Source of the DNA: Octopus sinensis
Taxonomy: Eukaryota
NCBI RefSeq assembly: GCF_006345805.1
Contig: NC_042997.1
Span: forward strand, 12,958,001-13,022,000
Length of the DNA: 64,000 bases
Direction: 5' to 3'
Made by a program: the position numbers and the translations under genes. The notes beneath the pieces are model-generated. The model was not told where the DNA came from. It worked only from the letters and a program-made list of their open reading frames with translations, and searched no databases. Shown here one piece after another: positions 1-14,569 of this stretch. Within the stretch, counting starts at the first letter, position 1; each line of letters begins with the position of its first letter.

Positions 1-10
1 TGTTTTTAAT

Positions 11-51
11 TCATGCATACGTACATGCATATAGGCATATATGTATATATG

Positions 52-92
<41 letters not shown>

Positions 93-107
93 GTATGTAT
101 ATGTACG

Positions 108-150
<43 letters not shown>

Positions 151-213
151 CACCCATATGCATATGTATGTATACATATAAGTGAATATATATGAAATAT
201 AACATGTATATGC

Positions 214-252
<39 letters not shown>

Positions 253-660
253 TACATATATATATAGCATGTGTAACATATATGTATATATGCAAAAGAT
301 ATGTGTGTCTTCGTGTCTTTGTGTGTACATGTGTATAACATAAATATTTGTGGATAGTGAAATAAGTCAGAAATATATACAAACGCACACCTCCTTGCAC
401 ACTCTCTCACAGTAACACAAGCATTCGTTCCTTGTACATTAGCGTACTGTCTCACACACGTGTATACATATTCATTCATACATACTTACAAACATGTGTG
501 CATATATACATATATACAAGTATTCATGCATTTATACATAATACATATTCATATTCTCCAAACGACACCCACAAGCATACACACACACACACACACGCAC
601 AAATAGGTATATCTGTATGTATAATCACGATCACAAACTGATATTTTCCCGAATACTCAA

Positions 661-722
<62 letters not shown>

Positions 723-860
723 GAACATACACATGTATAAAGATACATTCATGTATATATGCATGTATATATTATATGCACGCACAAACATGCATACATA
801 CATACATACACCCACATATATATGTATGTAGTTGTAGGGGAGGCTATATCTCATTTATGT
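11..860. repeat. (AT)n/(AC)n/(ATAC)n microsatellite field; similar fields at 1060-1280, 11860-12380, 21200-21590, 34945-35130, 38570-38740, 52085-52290, 56330-56450, 60870-61100
   Basis: Directly visible dinucleotide and tetranucleotide runs; the overlapping YI/HT-repeat ORFs are translations of these runs. Confidence 0.95.
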
Positions 861-1059
861 GATATTGTGTGTCACATTTATTAATAGCATAAGTGACGTA
901 AGGGATGCAAATTGAGAAACAAGAGTCGGAACAAACTCAGGAATCGGTTCGCCAGAAGCGTAGTTCTTGCTACATTGCATTCGTCAGAAATCCTCACGTA
1001 ACCACATTCGCGCGCACGGACGTGGGGGTCAAAGCGATAGATAAATTTTATATACATTA

Positions 1060-1125
<66 letters not shown>

Positions 1126-4100
1126 TTTATATATAAATATGAAAATATGTGTATATATATATATATATAAGAAAACGTATGTGTGTGTGTTCGTGTTTGT
1201 CTGTATGTATATACACATATATCTAGATGGATATACATATGTGAGCGTGTGTGTGTATGTATATATGTATGTATGTATGTACGCATGAATATTTGAGTAT
1301 GTAAGTGTGTGAAAATCTATACTGATATTTTCCTTTCAAACATACAAAATTCTGTGAACGCTTATGTTCTAGGTTACATTTTATATATTACAATTTTTAT
1401 GAAATGTTAGACCTGTCAACATCATGGATATAATCAATAAACTTTTAGATATAAGTACTACTCACCCAGTGGTTATTTATTTATGCACCTGAAATGTGGC
1501 AAGTTATATAGTAGCATATATCAAATAACACACTAATATATTTATTGCAAGAAAAATTTGCGCAAAAACTAAAGGTGAAACAGCTACATAATATGACATA
1601 ATATATAATGAAAACTTTTAAATTCACATGTGTGTGTACGTGTGTATGTGTTTGTATATCCTTGCGTGCGTTTGTGTGTGTGTTTGTTTGTAGATGTGTG
1701 TATCTGGAGAAAAATTTAATTTATTTAATATTAACAAGTAATTAACACAAGCGGATCCTATTGTTAGTATGAGGCATCAACGGTTGGGAACGTAATATCC
1801 GGAAGCATCTAATAGAAAATAAGACACGCAAGGAAATATTTACATGCACTTCTTACATTTAATTTCCTAGGCTACAACCAGCTGTGCCATTCAGATGAAA
1901 GGACGTCCAAAAATTATACATTTTAATGGTACTGTGGCATTTAAAAAATTAATTTTGTAAATCATGGAGCAATAAGCGATAATGCAATCTTTAAACTTAG
2001 ACAAGACAAAAATTATTAAATACACTTCGATCAAATTCATGGAGGCACATATGTAGACACATAGACACACAACACACGCGTTTACATGCATGGTTATCTG
2101 TCTCAAGATGTGTATGTAAGTATGTAAGCTTACGTAGAAATAAATTTGCGGGATATATATTTAATTCGCATAAATATATGCATTAAAAACGTTTCGTTTT
2201 ATAGAAGTATATATATCCATCCTTTAGCACAAATTCTAGGACCTGACTAGCCAAGGGTATTGCATCACGTTTTTTAGCAAATTTTATTTTCTGTGTGTTG
2301 CTTACTCGTGATGGATCATTCCATGATTATAAACTAGTGCAACCGCATATCATGTCAGGATGATATCGTTAATGTATTCAGGGCATATGCATGTATTCTT
2401 CTGAAGTGATAGAGGTTACACACACAAACACAAACACACGCACACACGCACACACACACACATACACAAACTCTTACAAACACTGGCACACACGAACACA
2501 TACGTATGCACATATAGATTCATATAAAGTTCTAATGGCGCACGAATATCTACACATGCACATAAACGCACATGTATGCCTGTGTATAAACATCATTATT
2601 GCATGATGAATACAAATGCATAAACTGTTAACTAATTACCTCATAATGATTGCATGTTCAGAGTGTGAGAGACATCCATGATAATACTTGTTAAAATTAG
2701 TTCGAAAGGGAGCATCTTAAGTAGATGAAATTCGAATTAGTATTTTTGCAAAATAGTCACCATAACTTGAATTTGAATACAATAAGTGATATGGTTAAAA
2801 CACTGTGTATTATAAATATTGTCGATATTGTGTGATGTTGCTTTTATACAGTTTCTCTATTGTATAATCTAAACTGAAGCCGTGTTGTACAACTCGAGTT
2901 CATTAACATGGCTTCAGTAAGTAAAACAGTTTACTTGTCTGGGCAATGGATTTAGTAGTGACTAAAGATTGAACATAGTTCTGTATTCAAACTTTTGAGA
3001 GAACGAGGTTTTAGTAACTAACCTGTATCTAAAATTTGGCAAAGAGTAGTCAGCTTTCGTATTATCTACACTAATGCACGGGTCAAGATATATAAAGCAA
3101 CCTGAAAAATAAATATTGCTACTAATAATAATGATAGTATTCTGCAGGTATTCATAATGAAGCTGTTAATAAATGTCATTGGAAATACATGGTTAGAAAC
3201 ACTATCATTCTAAACAAGGCGGTGCTCCCCAGAATGACTGAGATATTGATGCTGTGAAAGATTTACAAGTACGCGAATATGTAAAGACGAGAAACATTTT
3301 GGTCATCAAACATATACTCTATTCACAACTTGTTAATTGTAACAGTTCAATCAAGTTCAACCCTGGCTGAGATACAAGGATGTGATTAAATGTAACATGA
3401 GTTTGAACATTGATACTCACAACTGGATCACAGCAACTCAAGATGGAAGTAGTGAAGTGAGATCCTCTTATGATGCTATGAAATGTAGCTTTGCATATGA
3501 ACAAAATAAAGTTCAACATTTGTTTGATTAGTGTATTAACAAGATGTGCCTTTTATTTGCTCCTCAAATACAAATCTCTTATAAGACTATCAGTTCTATG
3601 AGTCACTATATGATATAAAAGAAGTACGTAATACTGGGATGGCAAATCCTCACTGAAATATTCTAGATTTCTGTGTCAGTATAATATAATACACTTAATC
3701 AACAGTCATGGATAGCAACTGGCTGGCTCAAAAGCGTAGAAGTAATGTAGAGCCTTCAGTAAATAGAATAGGGTAAAATGGAGAATTAAACGAAGTGTGT
3801 ACATTCTGAATGGTGAATGTTGTCATTTTGTAAGGATATTTCTGTACAATTTGTCATCGATATATGTTATATGCTATGGAATGCATATTGTTCAGAAAGC
3901 TTACAACCTACAGCTAATACCAATTAATCATTATTCATTTTAGCTTCTCAAACTCTCCAGCCTTTCTCCTCACTTTAGTGCTAGCGATATTGCAACAATG
4001 GCTGCTGAAACTACATTTACAAACATATTATAAAGATTACATATATTTATTTCAACAATCCTAAACCTTTATACGAGCAATGGCTGGAGAGGTCACTGCC

Positions 4101-5545
4101 GAATATATGGAAAACTATATTCGCAAATATATTTTTTACTATTTATTCTATGAGTATTGACAAAGTATATATCATTACCTTCTTCAATATCTGATTAATG
4201 ATATTCGTCCATTTTATGGAGATTGTAGCTGTTTGAATTATGTGTTTACTAACACCTTGGATATTCCCATTGGAATAAATATTTTCGCAATCTCATTTAT
4301 AATATAACCTGCCTTAGAGCAACAGAGTTGTAAATTGTATCATCTACAAAGAATAGAAGTTATCAAGACATTAACTCGACATCTTCACTAGGTCTTGAGT
4401 CAAGAATCGCTTCAGGTTTTATATAAGGAAAAAGTCAGTTTATGCAGTCATAGATGCATGCAGAAATGTTGTAAGTTGCTCTGTTTACGTAGAAACATAT
4501 TGAAAAGATGCATTGTATATTGTATATTTTCTTCAAAACATGATATCATACAATAATGGAATTAGCTTATATCCCTGTAAATTGCGACTACTACATCAAG
4601 AGCAGCAGTGGCAACGGTAGTAGTAGTAGTAGCAGGACTAGTATTAGAGGTAGTTTGCTCGTATTCCAGAACGGGTAGCAGTTTGTTGAAGCAACACCAA
4701 TACTGATGTTGTTAATCATTTGTTTACAATGATTTTGTTATTCTCTCATTGGTTTTCACGAGCTTTCGATTGGTTCATGTCCTTACTAATATCTAGAAGA
4801 CGGTGGGCATTCATTAATTATTGATGCGTGAATCAGCCTCTTTGGATAATGCAGATGTATTATAGAGTACAATATATTATAGTTGTACACGTTTTAACCG
4901 ATGTTACAGTGTGTAATTGAATATACTGAATAAATATATGCAATTGTCTTCACCGGCATGTCTAAAGCTTTTTTGTTTTACGTCCATTTGCCACTATACA
5001 AAAAGTAGTTGGCCCATCTACCAACACCGCTATATATTAAATAACAATACAGTTTTCCCAAACAACTCATTTATTTCAGAAATATTTGTCGCACTAACAA
5101 GTAATACTATACATTCAATGTTTTAAGCAATATACAATTCTTAAATTAGTGATTTAAATCTTTAGTGTTGCCATGCAATCTTATCTTAGTCGGGATAAGG
5201 AAAATTTCACTTCACTTCCCTTTCCTCGTTGTAGCTGTTATCAGCGGTCGAAACAGTTGTCTTGCTTCTAACAGCTTACAACGAACAAAGGCACGAGAAA
5301 TGGGCAGAATAGTGTAATATGCTAAATTCAGATTGTTTTGAAATAAAGTGATTTTAGATCATAGAAGTTACACGTTCACGTTCGAATCTCATGAAGGAGG
5401 AAGTCAAATATCAGATCACGGTACATTTTTGCGACTGCAGATTAGTTTATAATTAGGATATATTAATATGTCAGCAGGGCTTTCTCATTAACAGGAAATA
5501 ATTTGATTTCAAATATAATCCAATGTACAATTACTATTAAATGCA

Positions 5546-5922
5546 GTGGAGGCGCAATGGCCCAGTGGTTAGGGCAGCGGACTCGCGGTCGTAGGATCGC
5601 GGTTTCGATTCCCAGACCGGGCGTTGTGAGTGTTTATTGAGCGAAAACACCTAAAGCTCCACGAGGCTCGGCAGGGGATGGTGGTGATCCCTGCTGTACT
5701 CTTTCACCACAACTTTCTCTCACACTTTGTTTCTGTTGTACCTGTATTTCAAAGGGCCGGCCTTGTCACTCTCTGTGTCACGCTGAATATCCCCGAGAAC
5801 TACGTTAAGGGTACACGTGTCTATGGAGTGCTCAGCCACTTACACGTTAATTTCACGAGCAGGCTGTTCCGTTGATTCGGATCAACCGGAACCCTCGTCG
5901 TCGTAACCGACGGAGTGCTTCC
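5546..5922 (+). mobile_element. tRNA-derived SINE, family A, tail type 1
   Basis: A-box TGGCCCAGTGG, B-box GTTTCGATTCC; near-identical copies at 6259, 17687, 31382 and 53753; 13-bp target-site duplication (TSD) ACTATTAAATGCA at 5533-5545 and 5923-5935. Confidence 0.92.
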
Positions 5923-6258
5923 ACTATTAAATGCATTTATTATTCAAATAAGAATACGAAACTGTGTTCTCTTTCTCATCTTCATCGTCTCCCTTTACCT
6001 CCAGCTCTTGTTACTCGTTTTTTTTTTCTTTTTCCTTATCCACACTTTTTCTACCAGTTCTCTTTAAGTACATCCAGACATTTTAAAATCCAATGCAGAA
6101 GCACCTTTCGAAATTTACAGGTTAGTCCAACTCTGGGTTTAACATAAAAAAAGGCCTTAAACTATAGAATTTGATTTTCTTGTTACTGGGAGATTTCTTG
6201 TCAAGATTTTTCTATTTTTATTTCATGTCATTTGTTTTACTTCATATACACTTCTTTC

Positions 6259-6642
6259 GTGGAGGCGCAATGGCCCAGTGGTTAGGGCAGCGCACTCGCG
6301 GTCGTAGGATCGCGGTTTCGATTCCCAGACCGGGCGTTGTGAGTGTTTATTGAGCGAAAACACCTAAAACTCCACGAGGCTCCGGCAGGGATGGTGGTGA
6401 TCCTTGCTGTACTCTTTCACCACAACTTTCTCTCACTCTTACTTCCTGTTTCTGTTGTACCTGTATTTCAAAGGGCCGGCCTTGTCACTCTCTGTGTCAC
6501 GCTGAATATCCCCGAGAACTACGTTAAGGGTACACGTGTCTGTGGAGTGCTCAGTCACTTACACGTTAATTTCACGAGCAGGCTGTTCCGTTGATTCGGA
6601 TCAACCGGAACCCTCATCGTCGTAACCGACGGAGTGCTTCCA
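6259..6642 (+). mobile_element. tRNA-derived SINE, family A, tail type 1
   Basis: Same sequence as 5546 copy; 13-bp TSD ATACACTTCTTTC at 6246-6258 and 6643-6655. Confidence 0.92.
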
Positions 6643-7039
6643 ATACACTTCTTTCATATCTTCGCCGATGAAGGTTTCGGACAATATTTTTTGTCCCCAC
6701 TTATAATCTAATTCAATCTTATTAGCTGACGACTCTAACATAGCACGCTTGTGTGAAATTGCACGCGTGCACTGTCCGTGGAGCAGGATGGGTACATAAG
6801 AGATATACTTGTCAACACACTAAATAGGTCTATTCTCAAGATTTGTATTAGATGACAGAGATGATCCCACGGGAGCTCGATATTTAGTGGCCTTAGTATG
6901 CAAATAATCAGTTTGTTTCTTGCCACTTGTAAATGTAACTACAACTGGGAGCCTTTTGATAGAGTGTTTGGATTGTTTCACTTTGATCGCATGTACTGCT
7001 CCTTTACTCAATAATAATAATAATAATAATAATAATAAG

Positions 7040-7490
7040 ACTACCCGTCTGATAAGGGGACACTAGGCACATGCATCACAACCCTATGTGCGCGACACGG
7101 TGATCTCATATCAAGATAAACAGCAATTGATCTTGTAGTTAGAATTTTCTTCCGGACGAGTAATCCATCCCGCTTAAAAGGTCACTGAATAAGGGTTGTT
7201 TAAGGATATTGATGGAAACATCCATGATTCCAGAGGTGAATTAGTCAAACCCCAAAGAAACCCTCTCAACACATAGCTATGATGCTCCCCCATTACTTCT
7301 GCTCGCGATCAGAGATGCACATATCGCCTGGTTAAGGTGAAACAACTGACAACCAAATCTGTGGTATTGAACAGAATATTTGCTGTAGGCCATATTTTAT
7401 TCCAAGATAAAACAATGTACATGATAACACTTCCAATCAGTTAAGATCAGAAGCCATGAGAGCCACTGCTTGGTACTGCATCGAATTTCC
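7040..7490 (-). mobile_element. Putative non-autonomous retroposon ending in a (TTA)n tail
   Basis: GC-richer block whose minus-strand 3' end runs into the (AAT)n tract at 7009-7038; single copy in the window, recognised by resemblance only. Confidence 0.3.
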
Positions 7491-8169
7491 TTCAAAGTAA
7501 CTTTGTGTCTGGCCGGACACGCCAGCGATCATCTTTAAAAACTTTAAAGACTTTAATATATAATTTTCTGTGAATTTTTTACATTTCTTTTCTTCCTTGT
7601 AAAGATCCTTTTAATTGTAAGAACATCAGTAATTAAAACAGAACAAGGTGATTTGGTTCCTTCCAAGATCACCGTTCTCATTGATTGTTATGGTAGTAAA
7701 TACATATTTCACCTCTGCAGACCCTGTGGGTGTGACCGCGCCTTTGTTGATCGCGTAGGGGTGCATCTGCTGAACCTGTTTACAGACTGAGAGTATTTGG
7801 CTGTATGTGTACCAAGCTGCTTCCCTTCCTCCAACTATCCACTTAACCCTCCTCCTACCCCCTCAGCCCTCATGTAGTTATGATCATCTCAAGTATAAGG
7901 CAATAGTCGAAACTAAACAACATTTGCTGTTACTGTGGTTTCAATGAGTGGCCGCAAGGATAGAGACTGCGAACGTAGTGGTGTTAATTATTGATGACCA
8001 CTACTGCATGATAAAGATAATTGTAACGGTAGAAATGGTGGTGTTGATAATAGTGGTAGAGATAATAACCGTTTCTACATCAGCCACACATAGCTCAAAC
8101 TAATAATGTTAATGTAGCCCAAAACTATCTTACGAAGCAAAAAGGAAAATTAAAATAGTACATCGAATC

Positions 8170-10385
8170 GCTTGTCGTATGGTTACTCTGGAAGAGCGTG
8201 CCCCAGGAGAGAGAGCCAGCTCGGGGGTCGAAAAGTCATCCGCTGGCATAAACTCTTCTCTGAATACAAACCTTGGTGGTCACTTGAACGGGAACTGCCC
8301 CAACTCGAGCCCTCCAAGTTTACCACCTCAGAAAGAAAAATATAAGATGATCAAATGGACCGAGAATATAAAGAAGTAATACAATAATTCCACGCCATAT
8401 AGCTGTTCACCTGTCGCGGTTCACCTATCGCGGTTTATTATTTAAGTTTACGTCGATTCCTCTGTGGTGTTGTTTTTCCTTTATAATAAAACAAATATAT
8501 ACACATTATAAAAATAGTAAAAGAAAATATATAGTACTGTTCCTACTTAGCGGGTTTTCACCTATGGAGTGGTATGGAACGTAACACCCGCGATAGACTA
8601 TATACGCTTATTACTATGCATTAATTAGGCCACCGCACACTCTTATCAGATATCAACACAAAACCATGACAGCAGACACTATTTCGACGAAATAGTTAGC
8701 CGATGTTTGGAGGGTTATTTTTAGAAATAATAGACTCAAAGTTAGTGAAATGACCACGATCAAGCACGCAGCGGAAAATGATCTAAATATAAAACACAAA
8801 GGAAATGAGGAATCAGATGAAGAGAACAACCTCCACGAGCCTTAGTTGAAAGACTGCCGTCTAACCAGAAAATGCAAACGTCTGAAGAAATATTGTAATG
8901 AACATGATAAAGATAGCCAGGAAAGTAGTAAGGAATACGTATTTGAAGACTATAAATTTGGTGAAGAACACACTGAGTCTATAATAGAGATGAAGCAGAA
9001 AATCCTGAATAAGTTAGCAGTTGTAAGACATGATAATATGCATAATAATAGAGAACTACTTCATAAACTCTGAAATACTGCCCCCACCAATAAAAAAAAA
9101 ATGATAATAAAATTGACAACTATGTAGCAAAAGAAATCATACATACTCATACTCATACATACTCATACGTACTCATGCATACCCTTACTCATACATACTC
9201 ATACTCTTAGTGAGTTAAATGAAATTATTTACGCGTCTGCCAAGACTTTTGAAACCAGTTGTATGCCTCTCAAAAAAAACAACAAAGAAATACAGAGCCG
9301 GGAAGAATTTCATTGTGGAGAAGTAAAAGTAAAAATGAGGTTGAATTAATGGGAGGTGAAATATCAATATTAAATTAACTAATCTGTTGACATGATCTAA
9401 GATCCAGAAAAGGAAAGAAAATGAAGAGAAAATATAAATTCTCACTAAGAAAAGAACTGCTTTCAACAAAGGAACCAATGCAACAAACAGTTCAAGCAAA
9501 ACCTCAATGTATACGAAACTATGAGAAGAGAAACTAGTTTTACAAGTAAAATGTGTTGTTCACATCCAATATGAAAACATTCTACAGAGAAATAGGGAAG
9601 GAGAAAATAACAGTTGAAGACACACACCTCCTTTCCATGGAAATTGTTGAAAACTTTTGGAAGAATATCTAGAGTGATGGAAAGACATACAATGAATATA
9701 CAGATTGGATTAGGGGCAGAAAAATATCCAACAAAAATTTATCAGAACAATTATAGGAAGACATTACAGTTGCAAACGTTAGAATGACACTCACGAAAGC
9801 TTATTCTTGAGATAGGGTACGAAATTTCTGACTGCATTGCTCCCATGCGATCACGAAAAGTCAGTACAGCTATTCAATGATATTATTGTGAAAGACCCAA
9901 ATAATAAAATGCATACCTTGTGATCATAATAACTCGGGAAAGGAATTTGATAAGCTCAGAAAATATAAAGATTTGCTGGTTGAAATTGGGAAAATGTAGT
10001 ATATAAAGACGGTTACAAAACTAATGATTGCAGGAGCACTTGGAATGATCAAAATAGTAACTGAAAATTATTTGAATATGGTCCTGGCTTACCATCTATG
10101 CAAAAAGAGCAACATATTATTTTAACTGCTATGTCACACGTATCGAGATGGGCATTGTCGCTGTGAATTTTCTTCCTTTTTGCCCTTTATTTTCTGTTTT
10201 ATTTTTTCCTGGTTTTAATTTAAAAAATTTTTATTTTGTATTTTACTTTTTTCTTTCTTCCTTCCTTTTTTGTCACGTGTTTATTTTAATGGCCTAGCAA
10301 TATATACAGTTAGTGTTTTGCCCTAGGTGTTGGGAAGACACTTGGCGAGAAATGGAAACAGAAATGAAAGAAGAAAATAGTAATA
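8170..10385 (+). mobile_element. Degenerate R4/Dong-clade (RLE-type) non-LTR retrotransposon with the RT domain internally deleted
   Basis: Broken-frame translation gives KMIKWT..EYKEV/IYAYYYAL (N-terminus), TVQAKPQCIRNYEKR..FYREIGKE..VENFWKNI..YNEYTDWIR (pre-RT region) and, after about 9905, IPCDHN..KEFDKLRKYKDL..IAGALG..TAMSHVSRWALSL* (RLE C-terminus, stop 10164-10166); the 3' UTR ends in a trinucleotide repeat. Confidence 0.7.
8382..8600. mobile_element. pogo/Tigger-like MITE inserted at TA inside the R4-like ORF
   Basis: Removing it rejoins GAA GTA A|TA|TAC GCT (E-V-I-Y-A), leaving a TA duplication; degenerate subterminal inverted motifs (TATCGCGG / CCCGCGATA). Confidence 0.55.
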
Positions 10386-10387
10386 AT

Positions 10388-10389
10388 GA

Positions 10390-10420
<31 letters not shown>

Positions 10421-10560
10421 AGAAGAAGAAGAAGAAGAAGAAGAAGAAGAAGAAGAAGAAGAAGAAGAAGAAGAAGAAGAAGAAGAAGACGAAGAAGACG
10501 AAGAAGAAGAAGAAGAAGAAGAAGAAGAAAGAAGAAGAAGAAGAAGAAGAAGAAGAAGAA
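10388..10560. repeat. (GAA)n microsatellite at the 3' end of the R4-like element
   Basis: Direct; source of the poly-E and poly-R ORFs. Confidence 0.95.
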
Positions 10561-10606
10561 TCCTTTCTACTTAAAAGGAGTATGTTCTGAAATTATGGTG
10601 CAGGAA

Positions 10607-10771
10607 TAAGTCGATTACATCGATCCCAGTGTTTCACTTGTACTTATTTTATCGATCCGGAAAATTGGAAAGGCAAAGTCGGCTTCGGCAGAATTTGAAA
10701 CCAGGACATAAAGAGGGACGAAAGGCCACGATACACCTTGTCCGGAATGGTAACGATTCCGCCAGCTTGCC
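10607..10771 (-). mobile_element. Diverged SINE, family C
   Basis: Similar to 11009-11412 and 40147-40548 (AAGTCGATTACATCGA..GGCAAAGTCG..GAATTTGAA). Confidence 0.65.
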
Positions 10772-10789
10772 GACTTACTGACATTTCTC

Positions 10790-10950
10790 TCGACTCATCA
10801 GATTTCGAAATGAAATTCTGCCTCGTTCGACTTTGTCTTTCATCTATTAGGAGTCAATAAAATAAGTAGCAGTCAAATACTGGTGTCAATATAATTGACT
10901 TTCCTTCCTCTCAAATCTATTGGCCTTCTGCCAAAATTAGAATGAATTAT
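10790..10950 (+). mobile_element. Highly diverged family-C-like SINE
   Basis: GACTTTGTCTTTCATC..AATAAAATAAGTAGCAGT..ACTGGTGTCAAT matches the family C central domain in the opposite orientation. Confidence 0.45.
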
Positions 10951-11008
10951 TATCGACATCATAATTAATTTTGTTGATATGGCTGGTTATTCTTTTTTAT
11001 TTAGTTCT

Positions 11009-11412
11009 TATTTCTTTATTACCCACAAGGGGCCAAAATATAGACGTGACAAACAAGAACAGACAAAAGGATTAAGTCGATTGCATCGACCCCAGTGCGA
11101 AACTGGTACTTAATTTATCAACCCCGAACGGATAAAAGGCAAAGTCGACCTCGGCGGAATTTGAACTTTCATAACGTAACGGCAGATGAAATACCTATTT
11201 CTTTACAGCCCACAAGGGGCCAAACATAGAGGGGACAAACAGGGACAGACAAACGGATTATGTCGATTACATCGACCATAGTGCGTAACTGGTACTTATT
11301 TGACCCCGAACGGATGAACGGCAAAGTCGACCGCGGCGGAATTTGAACTCAGAACGTAACGGCAGACGAAATACGGCTACGCATTTCGCCCGGCGTGCTA
11401 ACGTTTCTGCCA
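11009..11412 (-). mobile_element. SINE family C, tandem dimer (one head, two bodies)
   Basis: Two ~190-bp units joined at GAAATACC|TATTTC (11188-11201); minus-strand head TGGCAGAAACG with B-box GAGTTCAAATTCC. Confidence 0.85.
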
Positions 11413-11865
11413 ATTCTTGTTTCTGTAGTTCCTACAAATGGCATATTGGCGGAGATGTATGTGTTTATTAACACCCATCATCAGAACTATTGTTTGTTTG
11501 CTGTCAGTCGTTAATGGAACAGCGGAATATATCTTAATGTATAATACGAATATATCTTACCGATCCTTTAATATCAGAATAAAGGTAACATTTCAAGAAA
11601 AACAAATTTATCTACACGTTAGTATATGGAAATCTATTTTCTTGGATGTATTTTCTCACATATGCAGCCATGCAAAAGATACACATAGACACGCAAAATA
11701 AAAAAAAAATGCTGTTATGTTGATACATATTCAGGCGGGCATATACGTAGTCATCGTCAAGAATATATATTTATTCAATTACCTCCATATCTATCTACCA
11801 ATCCATCAAAATATCTTTCTCTGTATATCTCTGTCTCTGTGTCTCTTTCTCTTTGTATACATATA

Positions 11866-11967
<102 letters not shown>

Positions 11968-12122
11968 ATATATATATATATATGCGTGTGTGTGTGTGTG
12001 TCAGTGAGTGAGTGTGTATGGGCGTGTATCTATATATATGTATATATTTATTTATGTATGTAAATATACATACATATATATATATATATTTACACAGATA
12101 CATATATATGTACGTATATATA

Positions 12123-12165
<43 letters not shown>

Positions 12166-14569
12166 GTATGTGTATAGCTGTGTGTATAGGAGGTGCGTGC
12201 GTGTAGCTACATTATAAATCTATGTTTGTATTCATATATTTATGCTTATGTATATATACATACATACGCACACATACACATATAACATATATGTATATAT
12301 ATATGCGTGTGTGTGTGTGTGTACTCACACATGCACACACACACACACATGTATGTATGTATGTATATATACGCATACACCTTCAGTACTGCGTGCGACG
12401 TCTATCATGTGCTATTATTCTTTTCGTTGCAATGCAATATATTTGATGCCTGGAAAGACTTTATCTTCCACAAAAAAGAGTTTCTTACAGTTAACCAGAA
12501 GTCAAGCTTATGGCTCTACTTTTGATCGGTCTGCATATTTTGGAACTTCACCTTTTAGTGTGCGTGCTAAGTTTTTATAGATGAAGGCTGGAAAAAAAAC
12601 TTCTAATAATATGAGCTTTATACATCTATGCTCTTTACATTTTGACCCGTAAGGTTTACCATCGCCTTCTAGGAGAAGATCAATAGTACTCAATTTTTTT
12701 CCTGACGTTATAAGATCTTATTTCTTTGAGAAACTTCAATCATTATAACTATTTTATATGTATATATTTTTTGTCATCGAGTGATAAGAAATATTTCTTT
12801 TTTTTTCTTCTCTTCTTTAGAAAGTTATATAGCATTTTAATATTCACCCAGATAATTTACTTTTTCCGAAGCCTCCTAATAGCTTTTATAGGAATGTATA
12901 ACATTTCTTTATGATTTCGTTCGTTACTTCCTTCCAGAAATAGTTTCAATTTAAGTTCCTGTCATATTTCTTTTATCTAATACTGAATATATTTTATTTC
13001 CTGTTGGCCAAATACATATTACCACACTTTGTAAAAAGTCTCATTCACTTCATATATTAGCAATGAACTATAACAAGCAATATTTTGATTAGTTCTCGCG
13101 ATGAACTCTAGTTTGCGTTGATGTGTTATTTTACTATTATCATAGTTGACTTTCTTTTCTTCTCCAATGCCTGACATTCACGTTGCAAAGCTTCTATGCC
13201 AGTCACGAGGAATATCTATCTATTCAAAAGTACACGAAATCATAACATTTTCCCTCAAGTTCTTTTCTAAGTAATAAACAAAATCCTTTCATTATTGCCA
13301 AACTATTAAATAGATATTATATTCTCTACAATTTAAAAAGCTTATAAATATATCAGGAAATATTTTTAGATAAGATATAAAACTAAGGCTGCTTATGAAA
13401 ACATACATTTGGAAATATCTATCGGTTACTAATAAAGTAAGATTATATTTTAATAGTTATTGTAATCATAAAATACCTCTTTAGAACTGGAAACTAATAT
13501 TTGGGGAAAGCTAAATTTACGTTGGACAAATTCCATCCTTTATTTACGATTTTTTTCCCAACTCGATACAATATTTGATGCAAAACAAATGTGTTTTCTG
13601 TAGCTTTATCAAATTTGGTTTATGAATTGAAATTTTGATTCTATATATCTCACCTAAGAATGGATAAATAATATCTTCTCAAATAATGGTACTAACGTAC
13701 ACTTGTACAACATATTTTGAGGAAAACCAGTTATTCACAATAATCATATGCACAGTGAAAGCGTGTATCAAATCAATGATTAATACATCTATTATTTATG
13801 CGTTCTAGCAGATTTGAACATGAATATGGTGTCACTTTTTGTTTCGTCACATGAATGTGTGTTCACAACACAGTCGATTCATTAGAGCAAGGACGTTTGT
13901 GAAATTCGGTCTTTCGACATCTCTATATTTCGTCAGCCAAAGGCAGCTCAGATTAATCATTGCAACTGGAGTTCTACGCTGTTTCTTATTCATATTTTCA
14001 GGACATAATTGTATTGAAATGATTAGAAAAGGAACGACATAATTTTCTTTCAAAACTTTACTTTTAACGTAATTCGTATCGACAACCCAGTTACGATTAA
14101 TCCTTTTAGTCTTCACCAAAAATTGAATATGGAAGTATTTTAAAAATACTGATCCACATTAAAGGAAATGTATAATTATGTTGGACGTGTAAGTTTTATT
14201 TCCTATTCCGTGAGAAATTTCCAGTTACAAAACTCGTTATGCACAGAGAGATTGTGATCTTACCGTAATAAGATGGAGAACGACCATAACGACCATAGTT
14301 ACCTACCTACATACATACATACGTACATACATACATACATAAAAAGGGAGAGAGAGAGAGAGAGGAATCAAAGGAAGCGAGGAAGTGTCTAAATCTGTTT
14401 TTTAAACAGTATTCCTGTTTAAACGTCAGTCGCATGAGATGCGAAGAAGCTACATTTGCATCCATATGAAAATATCACACACGTACAACCATTTAGTACT
14501 ATACAAGAGAGTAACTGTTGTATATACCACATGGTTTTAAATGAGGATATACATATACTAAAAACATCA

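Noticed and set aside
960-1005. HHR-like CTGACGA-TGC..GCA on the minus strand
   Set aside because: GAAA is altered and there is no stem I or stem III.
3560-4420. Very old PLE RT relic
   Set aside because: Only suggestive fragments (QQSWIATG); no catalytic motif.
5546-5625. tRNA genes at SINE heads (also 20487, 27833, 30506)
   Set aside because: A and B boxes are present, but acceptor stems do not close and each continues into a repeat body.
6661-7011. Degenerate PLE endonuclease with HHR stem (GGACAA/TTGTCC-GAAAC)
   Set aside because: Core CUGANGA is absent and the protein resemblance is too faint.
13839-14119. Host exon
   Set aside because: Short ORFs on both strands with no recognisable motif or consistent splice pair.
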